Assembly: GCF_964204645.1 (NCBI RefSeq)
Contig: NC_134032.1
Location: 15,798,275 to 15,862,274, forward strand
Direction: 5' to 3'
Length of the DNA stretch: 64,000 bases
DNA from: Tubulanus polymorphus
Lineage: Eukaryota; Animalia; Nemertea
The translations under genes and the position numbers were made by a program. Positions 24,301 to 39,000 of the stretch are shown here, one piece after another; positions within the stretch are counted from its first letter, which is position 1; every line of letters starts with the position of its first letter. A model generated the notes under the pieces. That model searched no databases. It saw nothing but the letters and a program-made list of their open reading frames with translations, and was not told the DNA's origin.

Positions 24301-27002
24301 GCAGTATCTATGAGGAGAGCGGGCTTCCGCTTTTGTCCGATGAACAGATATGTAGCCGCGACCATCGAACGCTTTGGTTCGCCATTAGATTTTGAATTGT
24401 TGAAACTGCCTTACTTTTCGTTGTGAACAGATTGAAGCCTATGTATCTGCAAGTCAAATTCATTCGAATGTCTTTGATCGAACTGAAATTGTTATCGCGA
24501 TAGACAGATTTTCATGAAAACTTCTTGATTCAATTAGGGGGGATATCTTAGGCTTTTTTGATTACTTGTAGCGCGGATTCTCTGAAATTCTGCCAAAAAC
24601 TTCATGCCGGAGATAGTTATGCGATTCCATTCACCTTGAAAAAAAAAGACATTTTCGATCTAATTACCTGTAAAAAGTCAGTTTTCTTCCATCATTTGAA
24701 TTCAATCCAATAGTTTTCACTTTTTTTTCATTTGTTCTGCTTATAATCTCTAATTTAGAGAACCGTACCAATGTTTAATTTTGATGCTGATTAAACATAC
24801 ACTCATGTAATTTAGAAAAGTCCATATTAACAATTTCGTTTCTTGTTCAATTTTACCAGAGATGTTTATTAGAGGAAAATGAATAACCATGTGTATCATC
24901 AATCAGTTGACTGACAGTTTTATTGGAAGTATGAAAAAACGGGTTAAGAACTGCTGAAACTTAGGTGGCTTCATGATTAAAATAAATTCAGGGGGCCGTA
25001 GTACTCTGAGAACCATTTTTCTAGCCACACTATCGGTAGTGTCCATTGAAAGCCAGGATTGATTGGTTTTGATTTCAGTGGTTCGGCTATTTTCCGAAGA
25101 TAAGTTTTCACTTAAAGAGCCCTGCCGGCCTCCTGTGCCCTCACGAGGCAGTAGCAGCCCCATACGCATTCGGCAGAAAAATACCCGACCCTATTTTGGT
25201 TATTTGTTTTTCTTTAATTGCGTTCTATTTTGGTGCCAATCAGAAATAATTGCCATAGCTGCACTGTTGTGTTGATGGTAGGACAGTAGCCGTAAGCAAA
25301 ACGATTTTTCGATCGACAAAGTCCAATCACTGATTCGGTTACGGAGTCAATACAGTTCTATGTATTGAATTGTATGTATTGTTTGTGGCGCCACACATCC
25401 AGTTGCGCCCGTGATAATCAGTTAGTCTGGTCTGCTTACCACAGTTGGAATTATGAAGAGTTAAATTAGAAATTGTTTCGATCGAAAACCTGCTTTATTT
25501 TATCAATCGTATATCGATTTAAAATAAAAAATTTAAAAAAAAACCTCCCGCCCTAACCAAGTTTTCTGAAAAAAAAGGACGATGAACTTATTTTTTTTTA
25601 TTTGGCCTTACCCTTAGTGTTGTACGTTGAATACTAACCTTTTGTAGGTGAAAGTGCCGAAATTGTTGTATTTGTATACAAATCGTGATTGATATAAATA
25701 TCATGGCTGGGACATGATGGAAAACATCAGAATAAACTAGTTTAGTCTTTACCAAAATCGCATTAATGAGCTTTAACAATACAAATAGTGTAGGCTAAAT
25801 CGTTGGGCAGAAAAATTATCCCTCTCCGGTAGTCCATATCAGAGCATAATATTTCAATTCAATTGTATATCATCTAATCGCTTCACTGAAAACTACTATA
25901 CTCATTTTAGGCGCCATTTTGTCTTTTGTTTTACCATAAAACTTTCTAATTTTTTCTGACCATTTATCAACCGACGCACCATCTGTTAGAATGAAATACT
26001 AGCTGCGTTCACACTAGGATTTCAGCACGTTCACACTTGGAAATTATTCGATGCTTATTCGCGGCTTATTAAGTTCCGTACTGAAATACGCGGCTTATTA
26101 AGCGCCGAAAACCCGATCTCAATACGGCGCTGAGCTGGACGTGTATTTTCCGTAGTGTGAACGCAGATTCAACGCTTAGCTAGCCGCGTATCCATAGTAC
26201 AATTTTAAGATAAGATAACTTTATTCGTCTGCATGACTAAAAACGATAGTATAAGGAGTTTTTTTTATCTTAAAATAGGGATTGATCCTGTTATTTATTT
26301 GGTCGGTAAATTTCGTTTAATTTTTTGATTGAGTGTCCCTGACAAAACCACCGCACCTGCCGGGGGCAAAACAGGGGGTTGGATTTTGAAATCGGAAATC
26401 GAAGTACAGATATAGTTGTGTGATTGGCGGTCGAATTAACAGAATTTTTTGTTTAAATCCAAGCACATAATTGGAAATTCGGTTCCGCTACTCAAACAAT
26501 CATCCAAGCAGTCTGAACCAGCAAGCAACTGATTGGAGTTCATTTCGTTGGCTGCCTAATTAATACATCGAGAAGTAACTATATTACAAGGATTAAAGAT
26601 CATTTGTTCATTTTTGTAATTTTTGGTCGTTTTCTGTGAGTAAATAGTCCGAAAGTTTATTGTAGTTTATTTTCCTCGGATATATGTTGATGTATAAGTC
26701 TTCTAAGTTGATTGTCCCGCGTGTTGACTTGACTAAATAGAAGCACATGTCGAAAACACAAATTATCCAGCTGATAGTACGGTCCTGCTCCTGGTGTCTG
26801 AAGTGTAGTCACGTTACAGCTCCTATGGGGATGGGTTTCTCCGTCAACGGGTGCAGTTGGTACTTCACATCTGGTGCTGACGTTGCCTAAAAGTAGAAGT
26901 TAAACACAGGAGCAGTTTTGTGTTTCTAACATATACAGTGCATGGTTAGGCCCGTGGTCAAAAACTGACACACTGAAAAACTTATATATATATATAATAT
27001 AT

Positions 27003-27092
<90 letters not shown>

Positions 27093-30000
27093 GGCAATAT
27101 TGGCAATATTGGGTCTCGATCACAGTTTTGATGAAGAGAACACACCTTTCCGATAATTGACTGATAATTCTATGCACTATGAAAGACTGTGAGTCAACAA
27201 TCAAGCCCAGTTAATCATGTGTCACAGTTAGGTTCTCGGTAGTTTCTATTTCATTGAGACCGATGTCCAGAGGCAACTTTCCAGTTACCACTACGGGCAA
27301 ATAAACTGAGCTTGCTATCCTGAAATCAAAGCGGAGGCAACTTTCCAGAGTTTACAGACCTTATAAACATTACATAGAAGTGAGACAGTTCTATGCGTAT
27401 TTATAGACTGTCATTCCGGTTCATTCTTGATCAAAATAGATTTCTAATGTTGAAATCAGGCTATGTAGGTTTAACTCTTAAACATATGAAAGGCGTTAGG
27501 TTGATTAATTAATAAACCATGACAATGGCGTCGATTGTGATTTTGTTTACTGCGGTCAATCCACTTGTGTCCAGGAGCCAGTTGCTGAAAAGTTGGTTAA
27601 AGATAACCGGCAGATAAATATCATAGTAACAATGACCATTTAATTGTCACTATGTCAACTATCCACTGGTTAACTCTAACCAACTTTTGAGCAACTAGTC
27701 CCACAGGGGCCGGTTGCACAGTCCTGACTTAAGTCCGAAAGTGGTCTTAAATCTTAAGACTGGTCTTAAGTTGTTAGATTGGCTCTAGAACTAAGTTGGT
27801 CTTAAACTGGTCTAACCCTAGTCATGACTATGCAACTAGCCCCAGGTGTATAAGTACATTGTTAAGACTCCAAATATTTAGATTTTGTTGAAGCAATATT
27901 TCTTGGTTTAGGCGATCTATTAGTATAAACAGTTGATAACAATAGTGATAATAAATTTTTAATCAAACATGTATATGAATTATCACTGCTTATGAGCTGA
28001 CGAAAGTAAATCTTTAATTAGAATATATTGAATATTGAATATATTTATTTTGCACTTTAATTTCAAGTATATACTAACAACATTAATTATCAATAATCAT
28101 ATATAATATATTTAAGGTGATAAATTTCAATTATATATCACATTAGCTAGTCTTCTCAAGGTAGTCAAGTTATTGATATTCAAAAGTTCACTATATTTGA
28201 GTGGAGGGTTTCCATTATCTTTCTGGTAGTAATTCTTTAGTATTACGTTTATACTTTTTACACATAAAAATACAATGGAACTCGTCTCCAATTTCGTCCA
28301 GGTCACAGTTACATTTTCGGTGATTTGAAGCATTCAGATTCAACAGGTAGTTTATGATTACTTGTCCTGAATTTGGTAAACAGTATCCGGTCCCGATACG
28401 GTAGGATTGTCAGGTACTCTGAGACTAAGATCGCGCTTAATCAGTCTATTATTTAAAAGCCGTTCATCATCATGATCGATTGCACTATTCCATGTTTGTT
28501 TATACTGGTCACACAATAACGTATGAACCATTGACTATGTCACTTCTGTATTGACTGGTTGCTGGCCAAGCCACACATACCCAAGTCTGCGCTGATTCTC
28601 AACGTTTAGAATTGATTTTGGCGCATAAGATTTTATGGAGTATTGTGCTGATCTTGGTGTTTAGTTGTTTACGAGTCGATCGGGTAGTGGCCTAGCCGAC
28701 GATTGCTGATGGCGTGGTTATTCGTATAACATTACGGGTAGAACTGTCGCATCAAATAGTTTTAATTGTAAATCAATTGGTAGATTGAGTTTTCACATTG
28801 ATTTACACAAACATAGAGCACCTTGCCTTGTTGTCTTCTGGCTTCATATTCTCTACACTGATTACACTGCCCTCTATTGGCACACTGGGTGACTACTATA
28901 CAGGGCTTGCTAAGTGCTGAATCCCGACTCGTAGTGTGAACGTAACTGGCTGTTGTAAGCGCCGTATTTTGGTGAATTCGGTACTTGATAAACGCTGAAT
29001 CTAGCTGTTATAATCGGTTATAAACTAGCTTTTCAGTAACTTAACTGATTGAACAGTGATATAGGGCGATAGTGCGAGAATATTTTTTATCGCCTTTCTA
29101 GTATAGATGGATAACTTTGGAGGTTTTCAGTACATCGGGCATTACACCATTTTGAAAGGAATTGTTAACGATTTAAGCCAACGGTTTAGCAATGATAGCT
29201 TTTAATATAATATTGTTGATATTTTCATGCCCACACATGAAGTTTTACAATCTAGAAATGAAATGATGTTATAAACTTCATTTCGTCCGTAGGAAAAAGG
29301 AGGAAACTGTTATCAAAGTTATTATTACGCATACAATTTCATTGAACTAGGTTATTTCTTAGAGAGATTTTTGATTTGGTAGAGGACGATTCTGTAACTC
29401 GAGTAGCTTGATCAATTAGAGTCTGAAAACCTTTTGATAGCATCAAAGATATGAAGTTACCAGTAGGTATTTGAGATGTTAATATTAGTCTCCCATTATA
29501 AAACACTTTTTACCTGACTTAGATCTAGGATGATTCAATTTCAGCATTAAAATCGTTGATACTTTGCCCTGGAGGGCGGTATACAGTGCCTACAAAGCAT
29601 TTAGATCTACTATCCGGTAATGTAAACAAGGCTTTCAAAATTAGGTTTCATGAGATTGAACTCTATTGTTAGTAATGGCTTAATATAAGTTTAGTTGTAC
29701 ATAGCATTGTTGTCATTCGCTTGTTTATAGTCCAGGTTTCAGTCAGACCCGAAATTTTGAAAGGATGATCAATAGAATGTAAATACACTTTTCGATTATC
29801 AAAGTTTATTATTCAAGCTCCAGGGGAAGGTTTTACAAACTGGTATTAACTTTAACCCCGGGGGCTAACTCAATTCATTTTCGAGTTAACCCCCGGGTTA
29901 AAGATGATACCAGTCTATAAAAAACTGGGCACTGATGTATTTAAGTGGAAAAGTGAAAAATCGCCCTCTTCAAGATAAGATATTCACGTTACAAAAATAT

Positions 30001-33000
30001 TCACAATTTGGCCTCTCTATATTATGTAATAGGCCGTCAAAGAACATATCTATAGGTCTATGATGGCTTTCGGGAATAGTGTTAAATTACCCTGAGTTAA
30101 CTGATCAGTAAGAAGTAAAATTTGGCTATTAAATTCAGTAGTTATCCAAGTGCTACGAGGAATGAAAAATTGAAAAAGGTACACATTATTTAGGTAGGAA
30201 TAACAAAATGAATATAGATATGAACGAAAAATATGTGCATGTTTTCGACCAAGCAAGTGCTAGAGTAAGTAGTATTACTAGGAATTTCATTGGAAGTGTC
30301 GTAAGAGAAGCTGATTTTAGTGTTTTCAATAAGAAATTAACAAGCCAGGTCCCTTTAAAAAACAGGAGGGTCCCATAATATGTCACGGTCCCTGAAACAA
30401 AAGCTGGTTTGAAAAAAACAGGTGGGTCCTTTACAAACGACAGATGGGTTTGGGACCTGGCTCTTATTGAAAACACTGGATTTTGGTTTAATGCGATGAA
30501 ATGTGGAAAGAACAGCCAAGTTCACTTAAATATATACACAGAAATATGATGCTTGGTTCTCATTTCGAATTTTTGGTCTCATTTCGAAGGGGGAATCGTA
30601 CATTAGTTTTGAAACTAACAAATAGATGGAAAATGATAGAAATAATTTACGCCAAAAAAATTCTTTGAAATCTAACGAGTGAGTGGTCGAGTGATTTAGA
30701 AGTTGACTCATCGTGGATACAAAATATCTTTACTAATTGCGCAAAATATCTTTACTTTAATAATCTAACTTTTCAGTTGGTTGTCCATAGTCTTTGGTAG
30801 TACTCAGAATTTATTACACTGTTAACTCTTATATGATAATTCGTTCAAATAAATTTGTTTTACAAGCTGAATTAATATACGGATGACTACATCACTTGGT
30901 GTGAACGGGCACCTTGCACCAAGGGTCGGTACCGTAAATAAATCATTTTCAGAAATCAGACTCAGAATCAGACTTTTTTTTTCCACGGCCGACAACTGGC
31001 AGACCGTCCTCCAGGTAGTCTAGTACCTAGCCTTTGTAGGGAACCCGTAAAAACGACTGGTATTCAGACTTTCCGCCAGGCAGACCATACAATCTCAATT
31101 TTTAGCAACTCCTCCTCCTCGCCACATATCATTGACGGAACCTGCGATATCGGAAGATTAAGTGAAAGCTTCGCTAATCGCCATTCGGTCTCACGAGATC
31201 TCTTTTTGGCGATTTACAAAAATCACGCCACTGGCGGAGTAGGCGCCGCCATCTTGAGTGTTGTACTAAGTACCGAGAACCATCGACATGAAACATACGC
31301 AAACTTTTATTTTTTCTATAATGTTATGAACTTTTTTTGTACAATGGCTGCAAAGAAAATAAACTTATATTTTTTTTCTAATAGCAAGTTCGTTTTAATC
31401 GGGCAGGCGCAGAAATTTGAAAAAAAAATTTTATCTAAGTTATTATCGGTCTATTTATTATTAAAAAGTCTTTGAAAGTGATACACATTATGGTCATGAA
31501 AAGTCTCCGGAAGGCCGTCGAGTATATGTCGATCTTTTTGAACTATAACCTGACTCTATTAGGCCAAAAAAAAAATCGATCTGACGGATTTGTTCCTGCC
31601 TTCTGTCTAGGGCATCCAGTCTCACCGTAGTGCTGCCCAGGGCATTAGGCGAAAAAGATTTGTATAATTAAAAGAGTAATAGAATGAAAGTCATGACCAC
31701 TTTTTCTGAATAGTAATAAGCTATCATCAGTCGATTATGGACACTGAGTCTAAAGTCCGTCTCCCAGGTCTCGTCTCCTTGGCACGCTTCAGTTTCCGCT
31801 GAACTTAGAAAGATCCTACATTTTTCATAGTGAAAGGCCTGCAAGTTATAACAATTTAAGGTCACTGCTTTGCGCCCTTGTACGCTGACAATAGTTACCC
31901 CATGGGATCTGTCTTAAAGATGTTGATGGAAAGGAAACTCCATTTGAACTTGTTATTGTCGTGTCTTTTGCGGAATTGTCCAAAAAGACTGTGTTCTTAC
32001 TGTTCTTGGCTGTTGTGCTTTCTTGAGATCGATATAAATCCGTTAAGAAAATGATGGGAGGGGGTTAGGGTCTTGGGGAAAAGTTGAGAATTGAAATTGT
32101 AGCACACTCAATGATTAGACAGTATAAGCATTTTATAAAACCAGCGCAAGGATCTCATTTTTTACAACATCTTCATCATTGCGAAACGTTGGTATCGTCT
32201 ACACCCCCCCCCCCATGTTCAACTAATCATCAATATAGTTTTAATAGTGCTGCACGGGAAATCTATATTTAGAATCTGTGATCGCGCTTCAGTTCATCCA
32301 ACAAACATGGTTACCACATAACAGGGAAATTGGGAAAAACTTGGCATTTTGAAATAATAATTCCCAGTTTGGATATTTTGGAATTTGAAAAATATTCTTC
32401 AAGTCAGGGAAATATTTGGGAAATTCATTCACATTTCACGTATTTTGCATTTGTCAAGTGTTATTTTCTTCAGCAATTTTCCTTAAGAATCAGTTTTATC
32501 AACCAGTCACCGCTAAAGTGTTGACTGTAGCATGACGATATGTGTTGATTTCCATTTGGGAAAATTGAAAAATCACCCATGAAATTCTTGGGAAAAACCT
32601 GGGAATTTCTAATTCATATAACTGTGGGAACCATGAACAACACTGAAATAAGTCATTGTTTTTAATTCAGGCACAATGTGCTTGTCTCAAGTGATAGATA
32701 GGAAGATTATAGATTTGATATTGTCAGAGCCATCCTTTTCATTGATTCAAGACATAAAAACGAACATTCAACCGCGCGGCAGCAAAGGTCTTATTTGTTA
32801 TTAGTCATTAGCAGGAAAATGGGCCTCAGATGCGCCAATTTCATAATTTCCTTGCGTGGGGCCGAAAACCCCCTGTAAGGGGCTTCGTACTGTTTGCGCT
32901 CGCAACAAGTTGACTTTTAATATTTCTGTGTTTTTTAAACGCCTCTGTTTTCATCCCTGAGGAATTCGTTATGCTTCATCTTGCAATGCAGCTTTTATCA

Positions 33001-36000
33001 ACATTCAGGTTCAGTGAGTCAAAGCTTTTAAGCACCGAGTAGAACTGGGTCTTCCAGAAAGGACTTTGTGCCCAGTGCAGGCTTTATGTTTCTATTTGGA
33101 TCGCTTGGCGTCCCGGACGGGTTCGCCCCCCCCCCCCCCCAGAGGGGCTAACTCGATCGGTTTTTCATTTATCCACTCGATCACCTGAAAGGTGACATTT
33201 CTCGAGACTCTGAGGCTCGCTGGGTCTCATCGTTAATTAAGGACATAGGAAAGGGTGAAGTACTCGAAGGAAATATCACAATTTTTGGAACAAAAATTTG
33301 GTGGCAGTCCCGCCCTCCTGCCCCGCTTAGCGGTATTGTGTGACTGCTTTAGTGAAATTAGATGGCGCGTATTACTGTGGCTAAATGCAATTACACAGTG
33401 CCAGGGGTCGGTTCGAAAAATCATTGGTAATGATTCTAAATTCAGAGCATATTAAAAAAACAAACATATAAAAGGGTACCTCGGAAATACAAATTTTAGT
33501 TTCAAAATTTAAAAAATATTGGTAATCTTAATTGGTATTTAGCATGCCAGATCTACACATTCATTTGAAAACTACTGTGAACTACTGAGTCATGATTGCA
33601 TTTTATGTTCCATTCATTCATATTTCATTGTTATTTACAGAACTTCCAGACCCAGGGGGTACCGCTGCACCGGCAATCGGCCGAAACTCGTGCTCGAAGT
33701 AAGTTCAGTTTACAAATTCAATCTGGTTCAATCTATTTTCATCTGATAGTCGCGACCTGTTTTTATACAGACAGGGTCAGTAAAAGAAGATGTGAAATAT
33801 TATCATTCATCTCTTATGCGGCGCTTTATGGTTATTTTTGACTTTGTTGTGTGCGGGAATAACTTGCTCACAAAATGCTGTGAATCAAAATTTGCCTTTT
33901 GCATATAAAATGCTCTGTGCGATTAGTGCTATTTAAGACTTTAAATTAGAAATCAACGTTCGGTATATTTTCGCTAAAATTAGTTCCATGCGAAAAATTC
34001 CATTATTTAACTGAATTCGGCACTGCACATTTATAATAGATTCTTAGTATTAGACGTGCTACCTATGAGCGATTATCTCAATTACAAGCAACATTAATTT
34101 CATTAGAATGGCCTGAAATACCATGAAGTGTCTGCATTCCAAATTTCTTCGGAATAGAAACAGTCGTCTCAAACTTAAAAGTTTTAGAAAAACACAAATC
34201 CACATTTGGGTCAGCTCTTGATCAAAACTAGTTTTGGAAATGTTGTATGTGATAATTAATTGTATTTTTTTCTTTACAGCTATCAACACTTTGTTAGCGC
34301 GAGAGATAGATGATGAGGAGTTTCTGGACATATTTCTGCCTCAACGTAAGTTGGTAGTAACTATTTTCATACCATATCCTGTGATCCTATCAAAAAGTCA
34401 TAAAAGGTCAAGTGCCCTCTAAATAGAATACTTATTCTTTCTTTAAATTTTATATGTGTGTAAATGATAAGTGTGTTGCTAATTTGGATTTTAGTAAAGC
34501 CATTACTGAGAAATAAGACTTAAAGTCGGCTATTTTCACCAGCTTCCCGCGTTTACTGTGAAAAACCCAAGATTGCTGATGTCGTTGTAGTCAAACACAC
34601 ATTTCCACACACGTCGTACCATTGAAGAATAACAAACTTTTGATGCGCTATATGAATGCTATGGCAAACTAATACTAGATTCGATTTAAAACAATGAACT
34701 TAGTTTTATTATATAGATTTTAAAACAACCCTCAGTGAAATAAGCAGTGTAAATCTGAAATAATCCACTACTGTCTGTTACACATGCTCTCCGTGCGACG
34801 TTTTGGTCCGTAATTTCGTTAATAATCGGTTTATCTACCTTTATTAAGCATCAATTTGTTCAGTGAGGAATTTGCATTCAGAAATAAACAACAATTTTCA
34901 CTTAAGTTGTTTTTGTTTTCATTTATGAGCGATAGTTTACTCAGCATACGCTCGCGTAATGCTGAAAAATCAGCTCCGCGGACGCTCGGAAACGTTACAG
35001 TGACGTCATCACCTGCTCATTAGCATATCAAAATACAGTAGGTGGCGCCACGTGACGGGCCATAAAAGTCGTTTTTCAGCATTCCGCGAGCGTATGCTAG
35101 GTAAACTATCGCTGATAGAAGAAAACACAAACAAATTTCTGCCAGTTCATGATTTATTTCTGAATGCAAATTCCTTACTGAACAAATTGATGCATAATAT
35201 TTACAGATCAACCGATTATTAACGAAATTACGGACCAAAACGTCGCACGAAGAGCATGTGTGACAGACAGTAGTTTCCAGTCTCTAATCGCGCACCACAT
35301 AATCACCATTCATAGCATATTTAATCCTTTTAGAAGTTGTTTAAGATTCCTAAATGCTTTCTGATGATACTGTTGATACTGTTACACATAACACAACAAA
35401 CATACAATGTATAGCCAGCAGTAGAGCTGTGAATATAGTGAAGAAATGATGTATAGATTTTATATATAGACAATGAGTACTGAGTTCACACACGTGTATG
35501 TTTGTTTGGCAAAAATGACGCATGAATGTGGTGCTGACACGCGGCTGCGGCCGAGGTGCTTACGCTATATCGGTCAATGATCCAGTTATTTAATTTTACT
35601 GATTTAAGACAAATAAGTGATTTTTTTTCTGCAAGGCTGATCCCAGATCGTTATTTTATATACTTAAGTATCTCTATAAGTAGGAATTAGAGGACACTTG
35701 ACCTTTAACCTCACTGTTTGGAGCGAGGGAAGTTTATTCATTTTATGTTTTAATGTATTTTTTTTAAATTTACAGTAACTAATATCATGATGGAGTGTGA
35801 ACACAGGAACAAAATTCAGGATTTCCTTCGAACTTTCGTACCACAAGGCATCCCACCACCGGCTACTCCACCCGCTGCTGCCCCTCCCCATCCAGTACAG
35901 GGTAATTCGCCTCAGCAGCGGCCCCTCAGACAGCCGCCCCCTGGAGCAAAACGTCATTCCACTAGATTGATGGGGCGGTCGTTTGAGGGAGAACTGGCGG

Positions 36001-39000
36001 AGGTAAGAATTTAAATTTTTCTTTGTATTTCATTAAACAGAAAGATGAATTGAATTCTATGATTTGAATTTGTGTGTCATTCTACAGTTTATATCGGTTG
36101 ATTTTCAGCAAACATTCTATTTATACGTCTAGTTTGTGACTAATTTAGCAAAAACGATTTGATTCGAAGTATGAATAAACGTTTGCTGAAAGTCGATCGT
36201 GTATGTTTAACCCTTTCAGTGCTGGCTAATTAATACCCTATAGTGCTGAAGATAATTTTGTTAGTAATGTTTTGAATAACGGGAATAGCACTATAGTGCG
36301 TCTACACCGCGGTGCGGTGTATCGTTAGTTACTAGTATTTCACCATGTTTGACAGGTGCTGCCATCTTTGAAGGGAGATAATGAGTAATTACTAATTAAA
36401 TCAATACACCGCAGTGCGGTGTACTAGCGGTGTACTAGCAATATCCATCACTGATTCATACACCGCACTGCGCTGTAGACGCACTGAAAGGGTTAACCCA
36501 TTAGCACTCAGCAATTTCACTATGTAGTGTCAATTACTCCTCACAAAATTCAAGATAAAAGTTTTGTAGTAAATAGTCGAGGCTTTCATCTGATATAAGA
36601 TTTGATGAGGTGGGCCACCAAAATCGTGTCCTTTTGGCCCCCCCGAAATTCATCCAAACTTCCTCGGATTTGAAGTGAGCGCTCAGATGTGTCATGTTCA
36701 TACTCTAAATACTCGAGAAATTGAGATAGGAGGATGTTGATTTCTGTTCGATATTTCGAGGACTTAGGTGTGTAGATTGTTATAAGCTATCGGGTTCGAA
36801 TCCCACTATAACCGTTTTTGTGCTTTATACGAAAAAAGTGCCGGGCGGATACGGGCGGCTTGAGGAGTAATAGGCAGGGCGGATACGGGCAGCTTGAGGA
36901 GTAATAGGCAGGGCGGATACGGGCGGCTTGAGGAGCAATAGGCAGGGCGGATACGGGCGGCTCGAGTGCTAATGGGTTCATTATGAGCATGATCTTCGAG
37001 GTCACATGGCCTGGTCCGTGATTGGCTGAAGAACTCGTTTGTGAACAGGTCATCCAAATATCGGGTGTGTCTATATCATATCACTCACAACCACCTTTTT
37101 TGGGCTAATGGGGGCTTAGGTCTAATTCCAATTCAGTGGCTCTAACGCATGCGCACGGAGGTGTACGACTTAGAAAATTCAACCAAAGTCGAAAGTTGAT
37201 TAAGAGAAAATTGAGTGGAAAGAGTGAGACGCGAACCCGGGTCAATAGATCGCTAGCGTCACGTCTCCTCGCTAGACCACGGAGCTCGACGAAATCCCAC
37301 CGATTGTTTTAACTACATATAGCCTCACCTTACCCTAATCCTAACCCTACGGGGAAAACGGAACCCTCTGGACCCTCTACTCACCCTCTTGAGGCGTTTT
37401 CTGACCCTGTATTAGTATCTATATTAGTATATTTCATTATATATAGAGGGCAGCAGAATCGATGGATAGGATCTTGCCATCAATAGGTAGTTAGTGAGTG
37501 ATACGATATCGTCAAACCCCTATCATCTAAATATTTCAGATATTTCTAGACAACATACAATTTTATTATGGACTTAAGCTTTTGAAAAGTCCATTTTGTT
37601 ATCGCATATGAAACTTTCATGCAAAATAACTTCCGAACGAGGCTTAGTTTCTCTTCGGAAGTTTCAAAACATTCAATGCAGTTATAAAATCTCGAACCCT
37701 ATTGAATTTCATCGGAATCCGTTAGTTATTTATTTGTTGTTGGAACTAAATTTTGTTTGGGAATAATAATGCGCCTCGCGTGTGGCCCAAAGTTTTCTTG
37801 GAAACTGCAAATGATACAACCGCCAGGGTTCAAAGCAGGGTGCAAAGCAGTGAATTTTATAGAAGGGCTGTAAAATTGGGAACTTGGAAATTGTTAAATT
37901 TACGAAAATAGATTGTCCAACAAACTTCGTAAACAGCTATGAAAAATGATATCATCACACTATGAACGTGGAATGTCTATTTGAGTCAGTGGCGAAAACC
38001 CACTAACCATGTACATTGATTATGAATCATTATGCAGTTGTGCTGATTATCACATGTATATAGTGTCAATTCACGCAGATCGTAGACAGATTTTCATAGA
38101 AACTTCTGGATTCAATCAAGGGGTGGATATCTTAGGCTTTTTTGATTACTTGTAGCGCGGATTCTCCGAAATTCTGCCAAAAACTTCATGCCGGGGATAG
38201 TTATGCGATTCCATTCACCTTGAAAAAAAAAAGAAATTTTCGATCTAATTACCTGTAAAAAGTCAGTTTTCTTCCATCATTTGAATTCAATCCAATAGTT
38301 TTCACTTTTTTTTCATTTGTTCTGCTTATAATCTCTAATTTAGAGAACCGTACCAATGTTTAATTTTGATGCTGATTAAACATACACTCATGTAATTTAG
38401 AAAAGTCCATATTAACAATTTCGTTTCTTTTTGTAACTTGTCAGGATATTGAAATCTTGGCATTTGCTGGCCTTTACAAGTTGTGCTGTTGACCACTGAT
38501 ATCTGTATTTGTATAGTGGTCCAAGCTGATTCTACTGCATCAGATATAAATGCAGGTGTGCTTGTGATGTTTCCAGCCATTTTTATTCTCCAAATATCAT
38601 GTTTGATATTTTTTTGAATAACATAAGTTTATACTTTAACAAATGATTCGTTCAGAACAATCGTGTATAAGATGAGTTAAATCTCGTCAAACGGAAACTG
38701 TAATCAATTGGTCCCAGAAGTACCATGTCCCTGTTCTAACCGACACTTTTTCATTGATTGAAATGTACTTTTTCAAAAAAGCAAATCAGTAAAAACTGTT
38801 GGTTTTTATAAATGCTGAACTCTTAGTTTTGCTGCCGGAAATGACGAGATATCCTCATTACTTAAAGGTGTTAATTGTTGGATTCCAGATTTTATAATTC
38901 TGATTTTTGTATTTTATGCTAAACAAAATTTTTCATTTTTTCTCTTTACAGACACGACCACCTCCTAAAAAGAAAACCAAGCGAAAAAGGAAAGCTCCGG

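Noticed and set aside
19617-33640. Additional micro-exons in the 14-kb intron
   Set aside because: Scanned for GTAAG donors preceded by an acceptor and found none convincing; exons with weak sites could have been missed
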